Below are positions 19,673 to 30,730 of a stretch of DNA of 64,000 nt, piece by piece. The position numbers and the translations under genes are program-made. The notes beneath the pieces were generated by a model, which saw only the letters and a program-made list of their open reading frames with translations, searched no databases and was not told where the DNA came from. Numbering within the stretch: the first letter of the stretch is position 1; every line of letters begins with the position of its first letter. The stretch spans positions 25,808 to 89,807 of the forward strand of contig CAVTHK010000008.1 in NCBI GenBank assembly GCA_963734495.1, read 5' to 3'. This DNA comes from an uncultured Spirochaetota bacterium. GTDB taxonomy: Bacteria > Spirochaetota > Spirochaetia > SZUA-6 > CAVTHK01.

Positions 19673-20476
19673 ATGCCACCCCTCCATGGTACCATACCCG
19701 GGAGGGACGCGGGGGCTGGACAGGTGTTCGAGCCGGTCAAGAACGAGAAGCTCTACAAGATGGTCGTCAGCCAGGTCAAGGCGCTGATAGCCGACGGCAA
19801 GCTGGCGCCCGGAGACCGGCTTCCGCCGGAACGGGAGCTCGCGGGCCTGCTGTCGGTCAGCCGGGCCAGCCTGCGTCAGGCGCTGTCGGCCATGGAGGCG
19901 CTCGGAATCCTCGAACGGCGGCAGGGCGACGGGACGTACGTGACGACCGCCAGCGACGAGGTCGACGTCATCGCCTCCTTCAGCGAGAACCTCGTGAGCC
20001 GGCAGCTGACCCCGCTCGAGATCCTGGAAGCCCGCATCGTCGTCGAGTGTCCGGTGGCGCGCATGTGCGCCGAACGGGCCACCGACGACGAGATCCGCAT
20101 CATCGGCGAGCGGCTCGAGCGCCATCGGCTCAAGGTCGGGAAATCCGCTTCGCTCGAGGAAATGAACCGCGATTTCCACCTCGCGGTGGCGGAGGGCGCC
20201 CACAGCGCCTGCGTCCTGCGGCTCGCGCAGGGGCTCTACGAGATGATGGAGACCAACCTCTGGCCCACGCTCAAGACCCTGGTGGAGCAGGACGAGCAGC
20301 GGACCGAGCACCATCTCGATCAGCACGAGAAGATCTTCGGCTGCATCCGGTCGCGGCGCCCGGCCGAGGCTGAGGAGGCGATGAGGAAGCACCTGCAGAC
20401 GATCGAGCACGAGTTCCTCGAGGACGCGCAGAAGGCGAAGGCCGCGGAGCGCCCGCCGGCCCGGAGCCGCAAATGA
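19673..20476 (+). CDS. GntR/FadR-family transcriptional regulator
   Basis: LAPGDRLPPERELA..LSVSRASLRQAL..LE..G.L.RRQGDGTYV wHTH plus FCD domain. Confidence 0.93.
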   Translation: MPPLHGTIPGRDAGAGQVFEPVKNEKLYKMVVSQVKALIADGKLAPGDRLPPERELAGLLSVSRASLRQALSAMEALGILERRQGDGTYVTTASDEVDVIASFSENLVSRQLTPLEILEARIVVECPVARMCAERATDDEIRIIGERLERHRLKVGKSASLEEMNRDFHLAVAEGAHSACVLRLAQGLYEMMETNLWPTLKTLVEQDEQRTEHHLDQHEKIFGCIRSRRPAEAEEAMRKHLQTIEHEFLEDAQKAKAAERPPARSRK

Positions 20477-20576
20477 AGGGAGCGGCCGCCGGAGGCGCCG
20501 GGGAACCGTCAGTGAGAAGACACTCGCGGGACGTTGTCCCGCTCCGCAACACCATCATTCGGAAGGGGGCGATACC

Positions 20577-22094
20577 ATGAAAAGGCTTTGCACGGCTCTT
20601 GTGGTGTCGGTATTGGCTGCGGCCCTGTCGATCGGGGCATTCGCGGGCCCGGTGAGCGAGTCCGCATCCGCGACGGCGAAGGAGGCGCCGCTGGAGATCC
20701 AGATGACGGTGCGGCTCTTCGATCAGGTCCCGGACATGACCAACGCTTACTGGGTCGAGTACCAGAAGAGAACCAACACGAAGCTCGACGTGACGTGGAT
20801 CCCGGACGGCGACTACGCGACCAAGCTGAACCTCATCCTGGCATCGAGCGCGATCCCCGAGGTCCTGATCGCAAACCCGTCCAACAACTGGAACAGCCCG
20901 CCGTTCCTGAACGCGGTCAAGAACGGGGCCTTCACGGAGCTGACCCCGATCCTCGGCGACTTCAGCAAGTACCCCAACCTCAAGAACAACTGCGCCCCGA
21001 ACGCCTGGGTCGTGGGCCGTGCTTTCGGCAAGATCTACGGCGTGCCGCAGAACGTCCCGACCGTCTCCTCAGTCCCGAAGATCCGCAAGGATCTCCTCGA
21101 TGACCTCAAGCTCCCGCTGCCCACGACGATGGACGAATACGCCGCGGTGGTGAAAAAGGTGGTCGACGCCAACCCCGGCATCATCGGCATCGTGTCCAAG
21201 CAGGACATGTTCGTGAACTCCAGCGGCGGCCTCGCCGACTCCTTTGGCGTCACCGCGCCCACCTACAACTCCGGAGGCGGGCTCATCTTCTGGAAGCTGA
21301 CGCCTCAGTTCGCGGACTTCGTGGACTGGGTGCGCAACGCGTACTCCATGGGGATCCTCGCCAAGGAGTTCTCGGTCATGAAGCCGACCCAGGCGACCGA
21401 GCTCTACACCTCCGGCAAGGCCGTGTCGTTCCTCAACGAGAGCATGAGGTGGGATTACGCGTTCACCGAGATGCTGAAAAAGGTCAAGGCCAACGCGGAC
21501 AACGAGCCGGTTCCCCCGCTCAAGGGACCCAGGGGCTACGCGGCCAAGGCCGGCACCGGCATCGTGGACCAGATGTTCATCAGCGCCAAGGTGCCCAGGG
21601 ACAAGGCCATCCGCATCCTCGACTACTTCGAGAAGACCACCAACGAGGAGTACTACACACTGAGCACCTACGGCGTGCAGGGCATCCACTACAACATCGT
21701 CAACGGCTACAAGGTCGTGACCCCGCAGCGCGACAAGGACCTCGGCTCCAGCGCGCCGTGGCAGGTGCTTCCCCTCATGTACTACAAGTACATGAAGACC
21801 GACAGCACGGCCGCGCCCGAGGAATACAACATCGCGCACCGCAAGATGGTCGACTCCTGGGGCTACTTTGACAAGGCGATCCCCGACCCGTTCGACGTCG
21901 CCCAGTCGCAGACCTGGATCACCACGTGGCCCAAGTTCGCTCAGGAATGGGCTTCCATGTGCGTCAAGGCGGTCGTCGGGCAGGTCACGATGGCGCAGTA
22001 TCGCCAGTACATCGATGGCCTCAACGCCAACCCGGACATCCAGAAGGCGGGTGCCGAGTTCGCGGCCAGCTACAAGGAAATCTTCGGAAAATAG
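20577..22094 (+). CDS. Carbohydrate ABC transporter substrate-binding protein (LplA-like)
   Basis: Signal peptide; KLNLILASSAIPE; IRKDLLD.L.L..P.T.DE; YGVQGIHY. Confidence 0.9.
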   Translation: MKRLCTALVVSVLAAALSIGAFAGPVSESASATAKEAPLEIQMTVRLFDQVPDMTNAYWVEYQKRTNTKLDVTWIPDGDYATKLNLILASSAIPEVLIANPSNNWNSPPFLNAVKNGAFTELTPILGDFSKYPNLKNNCAPNAWVVGRAFGKIYGVPQNVPTVSSVPKIRKDLLDDLKLPLPTTMDEYAAVVKKVVDANPGIIGIVSKQDMFVNSSGGLADSFGVTAPTYNSGGGLIFWKLTPQFADFVDWVRNAYSMGILAKEFSVMKPTQATELYTSGKAVSFLNESMRWDYAFTEMLKKVKANADNEPVPPLKGPRGYAAKAGTGIVDQMFISAKVPRDKAIRILDYFEKTTNEEYYTLSTYGVQGIHYNIVNGYKVVTPQRDKDLGSSAPWQVLPLMYYKYMKTDSTAAPEEYNIAHRKMVDSWGYFDKAIPDPFDVAQSQTWITTWPKFAQEWASMCVKAVVGQVTMAQYRQYIDGLNANPDIQKAGAEFAASYKEIFGK

Positions 22095-22111
22095 CGACGG
22101 CTGACAGGTGC

Positions 22112-22148
22112 GGTGACCCTGGGCGGACCTCCTCCGCCCGGGGTCGCC
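22112..22148 (+). terminator. Intercistronic stem-loop after SBP gene
   Basis: GTGACCCTGGGCGGA-cctcc-TCCGCCCGGGGTCGC inverted repeat. Confidence 0.55.
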
Positions 22149-22197
22149 TTGTCGCCGGTGGAAGCGCCATTGTGTTTCAGGGATACTGGCTCTTGAC

Positions 22198-23136
22198 ATG
22201 ACCCCCAAACAGCCGACCGTCATGGCCTCGCGACACAGCCTGGGCCGAAGGATCTTCGAGAGCCGGCAGATCTACCTCCTGTTTCTGCCGGGACTGCTGT
22301 TCTTTCTGACCTTCCACTACGCACCGATGTGGATGCTGGTCATCGCGTTCCAGAACTACAGCCCCTTTGCGGGGGTGTGGAAAAGCGAATGGGTCGGGCT
22401 GGCCCACTTCAAGAGCCTGCTCTCCGATCCGCATTTCTACGTCCTGTTCCGCAACACCCTCGCCATCAACCTCATCAAGCTGCTGTTCTACTTTCCCGCG
22501 CCGATCTTTCTCGCGCTGATGCTGAACGAAGTGCGGCACAACTCCTTTAAACGGATCAACCAGACCATCGTCTACCTCCCGCACTTCCTTTCGTGGGTCG
22601 TCATCGCGAGCATGACGTTCTTTGCCCTCTCGGTGGACGTCGGCTTTGTCAACAAGGCGCTGGTCAGGATGGGCCTGGGCAGCGTGACGTTCCTGTCCAA
22701 CCCGAACTATTTCTGGGGCATCCTCACCGGCCAGATCATCTGGAAGGAGTCGGGGTGGGGGACCATCATCTTCCTGGCCGCCATGGCGGGGGTGGATCTG
22801 GACCTTTACGAGGCCGCCGTGATGGACGGAGCCGGGCGGCTGCGCCAGATCTGGCACATCACGCTGCCGGCCATCCGATCGACAATCGTCGTGCTCCTGA
22901 TCCTGCGCCTGGGCGCCATCGCCGACGTGGGCCTGGAGCAGATCCTCCTGATGTGGAACCCGCTGGTCAACGACGTGGCCAACGTGTTCGACACCTACTC
23001 CTACATGCTGGGCATTCAGCAGGGCGACGTGAGCATCGGCGCGGCCGTCGGGTTGTTCAAGGGCCTGGTGGGGCTCGTCCTGGTTCTCGTCGCGAACAAC
23101 GTGGTCAAGAAGCTCGGCCACGAAGGGATCTACTGA
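22198..23136 (+). CDS. Carbohydrate ABC permease (LplB-like)
   Basis: YLPHFLSWV; LYEAAVMDGA EAA loop. Confidence 0.93.
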   Translation: MTPKQPTVMASRHSLGRRIFESRQIYLLFLPGLLFFLTFHYAPMWMLVIAFQNYSPFAGVWKSEWVGLAHFKSLLSDPHFYVLFRNTLAINLIKLLFYFPAPIFLALMLNEVRHNSFKRINQTIVYLPHFLSWVVIASMTFFALSVDVGFVNKALVRMGLGSVTFLSNPNYFWGILTGQIIWKESGWGTIIFLAAMAGVDLDLYEAAVMDGAGRLRQIWHITLPAIRSTIVVLLILRLGAIADVGLEQILLMWNPLVNDVANVFDTYSYMLGIQQGDVSIGAAVGLFKGLVGLVLVLVANNVVKKLGHEGIY

Positions 23137-24011
23137 TGGCGACGCTGCTGCGGCGCGGCAAGATGGCCTGGGGCGACTACGTCAACTACGGCGCGCTCGC
23201 TCTCGTCTCCATGATCAGCGTGGCGCCTTTCATCTACGTCATCGTCATCTCGTTGACGGACCCCGCCACCTACATACCCCTGACGTTCTATCTCATCCCG
23301 AAAAGACTGTCGCTCGCCACCTACCAGTACCTGCTGTCGACCAACAGCTTCATGAACTCCCTCAAGAGCACCGTCTTCGTCACCGTGGCCGGAACCGTGC
23401 TGAACCTGGTGACGACGTTCAGCATGGCCTACGCGCTCACGCGGAAGAAAGTGCCGGGCCGCAAGCTGTTCCAGGCCCTGATCATCGTCACGCTGTTCTT
23501 CCAGGCCGGCATCATCCCCGTGTACCTGGTGGTGCAGAAGCTCGGCCTGCTGAACTCTTACTGGTCGCTGATCTTCGTGAGCCTGACCAACGCGTGGAGC
23601 CTGATCGTCGTCCGCAGCTTTATCGAGTCGATCCCGGCGGACCTGGAAAACGCCGCGCGGATCGATGGCTGCAGCGACATCGGGGTGTTCTTCCGGATGA
23701 TCATCCCGCTCTCCATGCCCGCGATCGCGGCCTTCACGCTGTTCTTCGCGGTCCACCACTGGAACACCTACTTCAACGCCCTCATCTACATCTCCGACAC
23801 GCGCAAGTGGACGCTGCAGCTGCTGATCAAGCAGCTGGTGATCGACGCGGACGCGATGGGCGCCGCCCACACCGACTCGGACAGGGCGCCGCCGCAGGAG
23901 ACCATGAGGATGGCTTCCATCGTGCTCTCGATGCTCCCCATCCTCCTGGTGTACCCGTTTCTCCAGAAGCATTTCGCGAAAGGTGTGATGCTCGGCTCGA
24001 TCAAGGGCTGA
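23136..24011 (+). CDS. Carbohydrate ABC permease (LplC-like)
   Basis: LENAARIDGC; YPFLQKHFAKGVMLGSIKG. Confidence 0.93.
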   Translation: MATLLRRGKMAWGDYVNYGALALVSMISVAPFIYVIVISLTDPATYIPLTFYLIPKRLSLATYQYLLSTNSFMNSLKSTVFVTVAGTVLNLVTTFSMAYALTRKKVPGRKLFQALIIVTLFFQAGIIPVYLVVQKLGLLNSYWSLIFVSLTNAWSLIVVRSFIESIPADLENAARIDGCSDIGVFFRMIIPLSMPAIAAFTLFFAVHHWNTYFNALIYISDTRKWTLQLLIKQLVIDADAMGAAHTDSDRAPPQETMRMASIVLSMLPILLVYPFLQKHFAKGVMLGSIKG

Positions 24012-24081
24012 GCGGCAATCTCGGGCGCAAAGGCGCGAAGGCGCACAGGCGCAGGCGGACAGGCGCAAAGGAGTCATCGGC

Positions 24082-25086
24082 ATGGCAGGGACACGGACGA
24101 TCCGCACGGTGCTGGCGACGGTGCCGTACACGGGATGGCACATCGAGAAGCTGCGGGCCGCCTTCGCGCCGGCAAAGGTCGTCCAGGTGGACAAGAGCGA
24201 CGCGGCCGGGATCGCGCGGGCGCTCGAGGAGGCCGACGTGGCGGTGCTCGCAGGCGATCTGGACGACCGCACCATCAAGGCCGCGAAGCTCAGGTGGGTC
24301 CACTGCGACCACGCGGGGCTCAACAACTCCGCGCGCCCCGGTGTGTTCGAGAAGGGCCTGATCGTGACCGGCTCGGCGGGCCGCTCGGCGCCCGTTCTGG
24401 CGGAGCACGCCCTCTTCCTCATCCTGTCCCTGATCTACGATTCGCACGGGCTGCACGACGCGCAGAAGGCGCATCGCTGGCGCGGGATTCCCGGCTACGG
24501 CGACCGGCGCGGGATGTTCAGCAAGACCATGGGGATCATCGGCCTGGGCTACACGGGCAAGGAGCTCGCGAAGCGCGCAAAGCTCTTCGGCATGCGCGTG
24601 CTCGGCTACGCGCGCGGCGCCATGGAGCCGCCCGAGGGCGTGGACGTCCTGTACTGCCTCGACCGCGGGCAGACGCCCGACGCGCTGCTCAAGGAGAGCG
24701 ACATCGTGGTCCTCTGCTGCCGGCTGTCGGACGAGACCTGGCACATGATGGGGCCGCGTCAGCTCCAGATCATGAAGCGGACCGCGTTCCTCATCAACAT
24801 GGCCCGCGGTCCCGTCGTCGACGAGCAGGCGCTCATCGCCGCTCTGCGCGCCGGGACGATTGCGGGCGCGGGCTCCGACGTCTTCGAAACGGAGCCTTTG
24901 CCCGCGGACAGCGGGCTGTGGGACGCGCCTCACATGGTGATCACTCCGCACCAGACGCCCGAGGTGCCCGACCTCTGGGCGCAGGGCCTCAACATCATCT
25001 GCGAGAACATCCGCCGGTACCGGGCAGGAGAGCCGATGCTCAACATGCTGGTGCCGCGGGACGTCTACACCAAGGGTCAGGGTTGA
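24082..25086 (+). CDS. D-2-hydroxyacid dehydrogenase family protein
   Basis: GIIGLGYTG Rossmann motif; INMARGPVVDE; DVFETEPLP; ITPH. Confidence 0.93.
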   Translation: MAGTRTIRTVLATVPYTGWHIEKLRAAFAPAKVVQVDKSDAAGIARALEEADVAVLAGDLDDRTIKAAKLRWVHCDHAGLNNSARPGVFEKGLIVTGSAGRSAPVLAEHALFLILSLIYDSHGLHDAQKAHRWRGIPGYGDRRGMFSKTMGIIGLGYTGKELAKRAKLFGMRVLGYARGAMEPPEGVDVLYCLDRGQTPDALLKESDIVVLCCRLSDETWHMMGPRQLQIMKRTAFLINMARGPVVDEQALIAALRAGTIAGAGSDVFETEPLPADSGLWDAPHMVITPHQTPEVPDLWAQGLNIICENIRRYRAGEPMLNMLVPRDVYTKGQG

Positions 25087-25097
25087 AAGGGACGAGA

Positions 25098-27640
25098 ATG
25101 AAGGCAGACGGCGGCACGGTACGGCTCGATCGCGGATGGCAGGTTGCGCGTGTGGCGGCTCTCGCCGAGGGACCGTTCGACGGCGAACAGCTCGCGTGGA
25201 TCGACGCGGTGGTTCCGGGCGCGGTTCAATACGATCTCGTGAGGGCGGGGCTGCTGGACAACCCCTTCCGCAGCACCGATGCGGCGCGCGCGGCCGAGTG
25301 GGTCGCGGAATCCGACTGGCTCTACCGCGTGCGGTTCGACGCGCCGCAGCGGCGGCGACGCGCCGGCGGCGCCGCGGGCGCGGCCGGCGCGGGCTGCGGG
25401 CCTTTCTCGATCTCCAGGGGATCGACACGTTCTCCGACATCCGGGTCAACGGCGAGCCGGTGGGCTCGACGCGGAACGCCTATCGCGGCTACCAGTTCGA
25501 GCTGCGCCCCGGCCTGCTCAAGGCGAAGGGCAACGAGCTTACCGTGCGCGTCAAAGCGCACGGCAGGATGATCCGCGCCTTGGTGCCCGAGGCGAAGAGG
25601 ATGGGCCGCGAAGGGGACGTCACCGGCCTGCTCGGCAAGTCGCTGATCCGCCGCTACCAGCGGAACTTCTACGGGGGCTCCAGCCTTCTCAACCTCGGCA
25701 CCGGGGTCCTCGGCATCGGGATCAACAAGCCGGTCGAGCTGCGGTTCTACCCGGGAGCAAGGATCAAGGACCAGCTCGTCCGTGTCGTCGGCCTTTCGGA
25801 GGCCCAGGCGGAGGTCGCGGTCGCCGTCGACATCGATGCGGCCCGCGATGCGAGGGAGCTCGTCGTAACCGCTGCGCTGGGCGAGCCGGGCGCGGGAAAG
25901 CCCGTGGCCTCGGGCAGCGCCGCGGTCAAGGCCGGCCGCGCGGAGCTGCGCCTGACGGTCCAGCGTCCAAAGCTGTGGTGGCCCTCCGGCTACGGCGAGC
26001 AGGCGCTCTACGACCTGAGGCTCGAGCTCACCGCCGGCGGCCCGGCGGTGGACGCCTCGGAGTCCCGCGTGGGTCTGCGGCGGGTCGAGCTCGCAAGGCG
26101 CCTCGATAACGGCAAGGACACCTTTCAGCTCCGGGTCAACGGCCGCCGCATCCACTGCCGCGGCTACAACCTGATCCCGGTCGACTACATCAAGGTGCAC
26201 GGCGAGTGGGAGGAGTACCAGAGGCTGCTCGAGCTCGTAAAGGCCTCGGGCGCGAACATCATCCGCATCTGGGGCGGAGGGGCGGTCGAGGACGAGCGGT
26301 TCTACCGGGCCTGCGACGAGCTGGGCATCATGCTGTGGCAGGATTACTTCCTCCACAGCAACGTCTACCCCGACTACGACGCGGAGTGGGTCGAGGAGTT
26401 CAGGCAGGAATCCGTGGAGCTCACGAAGCGGCTGCGCAACCACGCCTGCCTCGCCATGCTCTGCGGCGGCAACGAGCAGCAGGAAGGGTGGGACGAGTGG
26501 GGGTGGAAGGACGACATGGACCGGTTCTACGGCGAGCCGCTGGTCCGCGAGCTCCTTCCCAGGGTGGCGGCCGAGCACTGCCCGGACGTGCCCTACGTCC
26601 CGAACTCGCCGCACGGCAGGAACTTCGCCCAGTCTCCCGTCGACGGCGACATGCACTGCTGGGGCAACTTCTACAATTCCACGAAGGACCCCACGTTCGT
26701 CACGGAGAGCTGCTGGAACCTCGAGAGCTATTCCCGGCCCCAGACACTGCTCAAGGCGATGGGGCTCGACGTCGACCGCCTCGACCAGCGGGGCTGGCAC
26801 AAGGAGTGGAAGCGCATCACCGGCCTGCCGCTCATCAACCGGTTCCCGTTCAGCACGTACTTCGACGTGAGCTCGCTCCGGGGCTACCTGCACTCACTCG
26901 AGGTCGAGCACGCCCTCGCGGACTACCACGCGTTCTCCAACCTGCGGCTGCGCAGCAGCTCGTGCAACGGGATCCTGTACTGGTCTCTCAACAAGGGCGG
27001 CCCGCTGTTCGGGTTCGGCTGCATCGACTACCTCGGCTACCCGCTGATGAGCTACTACGTGACGAAGCGCCTGTACGCCGACGCGGTCGTGGGCGTCTAC
27101 AGGGACGCCGACGACGTGCGGGTCATGTGCTCGAACGAGGGACAGGCAGAGCTGAAGGGAACCCTCCGGGTGCGTCACATGGCTGCCGGCGGTCGGGTGC
27201 TCGGTCGGTGGGAAAGCGCCGTGGAGGTCCCGTCGGGGAAGACCATGCGCGTGCTGGACCTCCCCGGCCGTTACGCGGAGGTGGGCGACCGGCTCTCCGA
27301 GGTCGTGCACGCCGCGCTCTATGACGGCGACCGGCTCGTATCCGAAGACACGCTGTTCTTCTGCCCGTTCGCGGAGTTCGCGCGGGCCGCCTCGCCCCTC
27401 GCGGTCAAGGCGGCGAGGGCGGGCGACGGCTGGACGCTCGAGATCGAGTCGTCCCAAGTCTGCAAGATGGTGGAGCTCGAGACCGAGGCGCGCGTCGTGT
27501 TCAGCGACAACTACTTCCCGCTGGTCCCCGGCGTCCGCAAGATCGTGCGGATGTCGCCGCTGGCCGGGGCTCCGTTGCCCGACTCGGTCTCGGTCGGGGT
27601 CACCGACGGCGCGCCGCCCGCGAAGGTTTCGCCGGGCTGA
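25098..27640 (+). CDS. Glycoside hydrolase family 2 (beta-mannosidase-like), frameshift near 25370-25400
   Basis: N-term VPGAVQYDL...DW.YR in one frame; GIDTF, LWWP.GYGEQ.LY, IRIWGGG, CDELGIMLWQDY, CGGNE in the next. Confidence 0.9.
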
Positions 27641-27699
27641 GCCGCTCGCGACCGGGGCGCGAGTTTGCGCGGGGCGTCGCCCGCGCATACAATCTCGAT

Positions 27700-30636
27700 G
27701 TGAAGCGGCGAACCTCCGCCGGGCGGCACGGTGCGGGCTTTGGGGCTTCATCTCTCGTGGGCCGGCAATCCGAGATGGAACGGCTCGTGGGTCTCCTCGG
27801 CTCGTCGATGCGGGGCAGGGGAGCGGTCGTCACGATCACGGGCGACCACGGCGTCGGCAAGACTCGTCTGGCGCGGGAGCTCTGCGCCCTTGCGGAACGG
27901 GCCGGCGCCGGGGTGCTGTGGGGGCAGGCGCGCGACGACGAGGGCTCGCCGGCATACGGGCCCTGGGCCGAGATCGTCATCCGCCACATCGAACGCGTGG
28001 GAAGGGCGCGGGCCCGCGCCCTGATGGGAGGCGGCGCGGGCGACATCGCGAGGATGCTTCCCGGTCTCGACACCCGTCGTTCCCCCGCATCGCAGTCTCC
28101 TGAGCCACCGTCGCCCGAGGCGCGCTTCCGCCTCTTCGTCTCCATGCGAAGCTACCTCCGGCGAGTGGCCGATGCAGGCCCGCTCGTGCTCGTCCTGGAC
28201 GACCTGCACTACTGCGATCCCGACAGCCTGCGCCTGCTCGAAGCGGTGGCCGACGACCTGCGCGACAGCAGGACGCTGCTGGTCGGCACTTGCGTCGAGA
28301 AGCGGGCCGCGCGCCATCCCGCTCTCGCCGCCGTCCTCGAAGGCCTGACCAAGCTGCCGTGGCACGAGCGACTCGCGATCGGCAACCTGAGCCGCGAGGA
28401 GACCCACCGCCTGCTGGCGCGCGAGGTCGGCGACGAGAGCGCGGCTGGGTTCGCCGATCTCGTCCATGCGCGGACCGACGGGAACCCGCTGTTCGTCATC
28501 CAGGCTGCGCGCGCCCTCGCGACCCGCGCGGCACGCAGCCCCGCGGCGGCGCCCGGCGAGGGGTGGGAGCGCGGGGCGGCGGAGAGCGCCGGGATCCTCG
28601 CGACCCGCAGGATGGCGCGCCTGTCGGAGGCCGCGCGCGGGCTCGTGCGGATGGCCGCGGTCCTCGGACGCGACGTCGACGTCGGGCTCCTGGCGCGGGC
28701 CGCTTCACTGGCTCCCGCCCGCGTGAGGAGGCTCCTGGGCGAAAGCGTCGAAGAAGGGCTGATCGCGGACGACGGCGGCGACCGCTTCCGGTTCGCGCAT
28801 GAGATCGTGCAGAGCGGCATCCTGGAAACCCTCGCGCCGGCAGCTCGATCCTCGATCCACCGCGCCGCCGGCGAGGCGCTGGAAGCGGTGAGAGCCGAAG
28901 GCGCTGCGGTGGAGCCGGCTGCGCTCGCATGGCATTTCGAGGCTGCAGGCATCGAGTGCCGCGACAAGGCCGTCCGTTACCTCCGCGAGGCCGGCACGAA
29001 GGCGCTCGAGTCCGCGGCGTACGACACGGCGCTCAGGTGCTTCGACGCCGCAAGCCGGGACCCGCAGATCTCCGTGTCGCAGCGGGCCGAGCTCGCATCG
29101 CTCAGGGCCCGCTCCCTCTTCGCGCTGGGCCGCTTTCTCGACGTGACGCCGCGCCTCGCCGAGGCTTTCGACCTCTACGAGGCGGCAGGGGACACGCAGC
29201 GCGCGGCCGGGACGGCGCAGTTTGCCGACTATCCCGGAGCCGCGGCGCGGCTGCCGCGCGAGGATCTGCGGAGGCTGCAGGCGCGCGCGCTGTCCGCCGT
29301 CCCACCCGATTCGGTCGCGGCCGCGGGCCTGCTGTGCGCCCTCGCCGAAGGCCGCTCGTACGCGGATCACCGCGGGGCTGCCTCTTCTTTTGCCCGCGCG
29401 CTCGACCTGGCGCGCGCGCACGGCGATCGCGGGCTCGAGTCGAGGGTGCTCCATGCGTGGGCCTGGCTCGAGTACCGGACCCTGAACATGCCCGAGTGCT
29501 TGCGGATGGGCGCGCAGGCGCTCGAGATCGCGCGTGAGACGCGCGACCGCGATTCGGAGCTCGTCTTCGGCGGCCGCCTCGGCGTCTGGAGGCTCTGCGC
29601 CGGCGACTGCCGTGGCGCGGAGGAGCTTGCCCGCGACCTGAGGAGCGCGGGCGAAGGGATGCGCTCCAGCGTGTGGGCGTATGACCTGCAGGCGCTCATC
29701 AGGCTGCTCGCCGTCTGGAGGGGCCGGTGGAGCGACTACCATCGGGAGGTGAAGCACGCGCAGTGGCTGCGGGAGCCGGGGGTCGTCTCGCGGGAGAAGC
29801 CGGCATCGGGCGAACCGGTCGGGATCAGGACGGCCGCCGAGGTCCTCGCCATCGTCGAATCAAATCCCGACTACTACATCGACCCGGACCGGATCGCGGC
29901 GCGCGCGGCCGGTGCCGCGGACGCTTCCCGCGCGCTCGGAGATCGAAGCTGCGTCGAGCAGGTCAAGCGTCTGGCCGAGCGCGCGCTTGCGATGGAGCCG
30001 AGCTCGTGGGGCAATCTCCACGCACTCGTCGCCCTCGGAGTTGCCGCGGTGATGGAGTCGGACCTCGAGTCGCTGCGCAGAGTCTGTACGCCGGAGCTGG
30101 CCGCCGCGCCGGCTGACTTCATCCTGGAATGTCCGGGCTATGCCATTGACAGCGTCCGCGGGCTCTTCTGGGGCCGGCTCGGGAAGGACGCCGAGGCTCG
30201 GCGCTATTTCGACGCCGCGCTCGCGTTCAGCCGGCGCGGCGAGCTCATCTGGGAGCACGCGTGGACCTGCTGCTACTATGCCGCATTCCTCGCCCGGCGC
30301 GGCGAGTGGGCGAGGGCGCGAGCGCTCGCCGCGGAAGCGCGTCGGATCGGCTGGGGGCTGGGCATGCTCGGGTTCGAGCAGGAGCTGGCCGAGGTGGAGC
30401 GCACCGTCGGGGAGCCTCTGCCGGACGGCTTGACCGAGCGCGAGCTGCAGGTGATCCGCCTGGTCGCGGCGGGACGGTCGACCAAGGAGATCGCGGGCGA
30501 TCTCTCCATCAGCCATCACACCGCCACCAATCATCTCCGCCACATCTACCGCAAGGCTCGCGTCACCAACCGCGTCGACCTGGCGCGCTACGCCGCGGAC
30601 AAGCGGATCGTTCCGGCCGCGGGCGCGTCGAAGTAA
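27700..30636 (+). CDS. STAND AAA ATPase / TPR / LuxR-HTH transcriptional regulator
   Basis: GDHGVGKT Walker A, LVLDDLH Walker B, RTDGNPLF, FRFAH, C-terminal LTERELQVIRLVAAGRSTKEIA. Confidence 0.92.
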   Translation: MKRRTSAGRHGAGFGASSLVGRQSEMERLVGLLGSSMRGRGAVVTITGDHGVGKTRLARELCALAERAGAGVLWGQARDDEGSPAYGPWAEIVIRHIERVGRARARALMGGGAGDIARMLPGLDTRRSPASQSPEPPSPEARFRLFVSMRSYLRRVADAGPLVLVLDDLHYCDPDSLRLLEAVADDLRDSRTLLVGTCVEKRAARHPALAAVLEGLTKLPWHERLAIGNLSREETHRLLAREVGDESAAGFADLVHARTDGNPLFVIQAARALATRAARSPAAAPGEGWERGAAESAGILATRRMARLSEAARGLVRMAAVLGRDVDVGLLARAASLAPARVRRLLGESVEEGLIADDGGDRFRFAHEIVQSGILETLAPAARSSIHRAAGEALEAVRAEGAAVEPAALAWHFEAAGIECRDKAVRYLREAGTKALESAAYDTALRCFDAASRDPQISVSQRAELASLRARSLFALGRFLDVTPRLAEAFDLYEAAGDTQRAAGTAQFADYPGAAARLPREDLRRLQARALSAVPPDSVAAAGLLCALAEGRSYADHRGAASSFARALDLARAHGDRGLESRVLHAWAWLEYRTLNMPECLRMGAQALEIARETRDRDSELVFGGRLGVWRLCAGDCRGAEELARDLRSAGEGMRSSVWAYDLQALIRLLAVWRGRWSDYHREVKHAQWLREPGVVSREKPASGEPVGIRTAAEVLAIVESNPDYYIDPDRIAARAAGAADASRALGDRSCVEQVKRLAERALAMEPSSWGNLHALVALGVAAVMESDLESLRRVCTPELAAAPADFILECPGYAIDSVRGLFWGRLGKDAEARRYFDAALAFSRRGELIWEHAWTCCYYAAFLARRGEWARARALAAEARRIGWGLGMLGFEQELAEVERTVGEPLPDGLTERELQVIRLVAAGRSTKEIAGDLSISHHTATNHLRHIYRKARVTNRVDLARYAADKRIVPAAGASK

Positions 30637-30730
30637 CCGCCGCGCATGGCGGAGCCCTGCCATACGCGCGCGCGAGGGATGGGTGCATTCCGTCATTTCG
30701 CCGTGACTCGGTCTCTACGACGCTGGGCCC

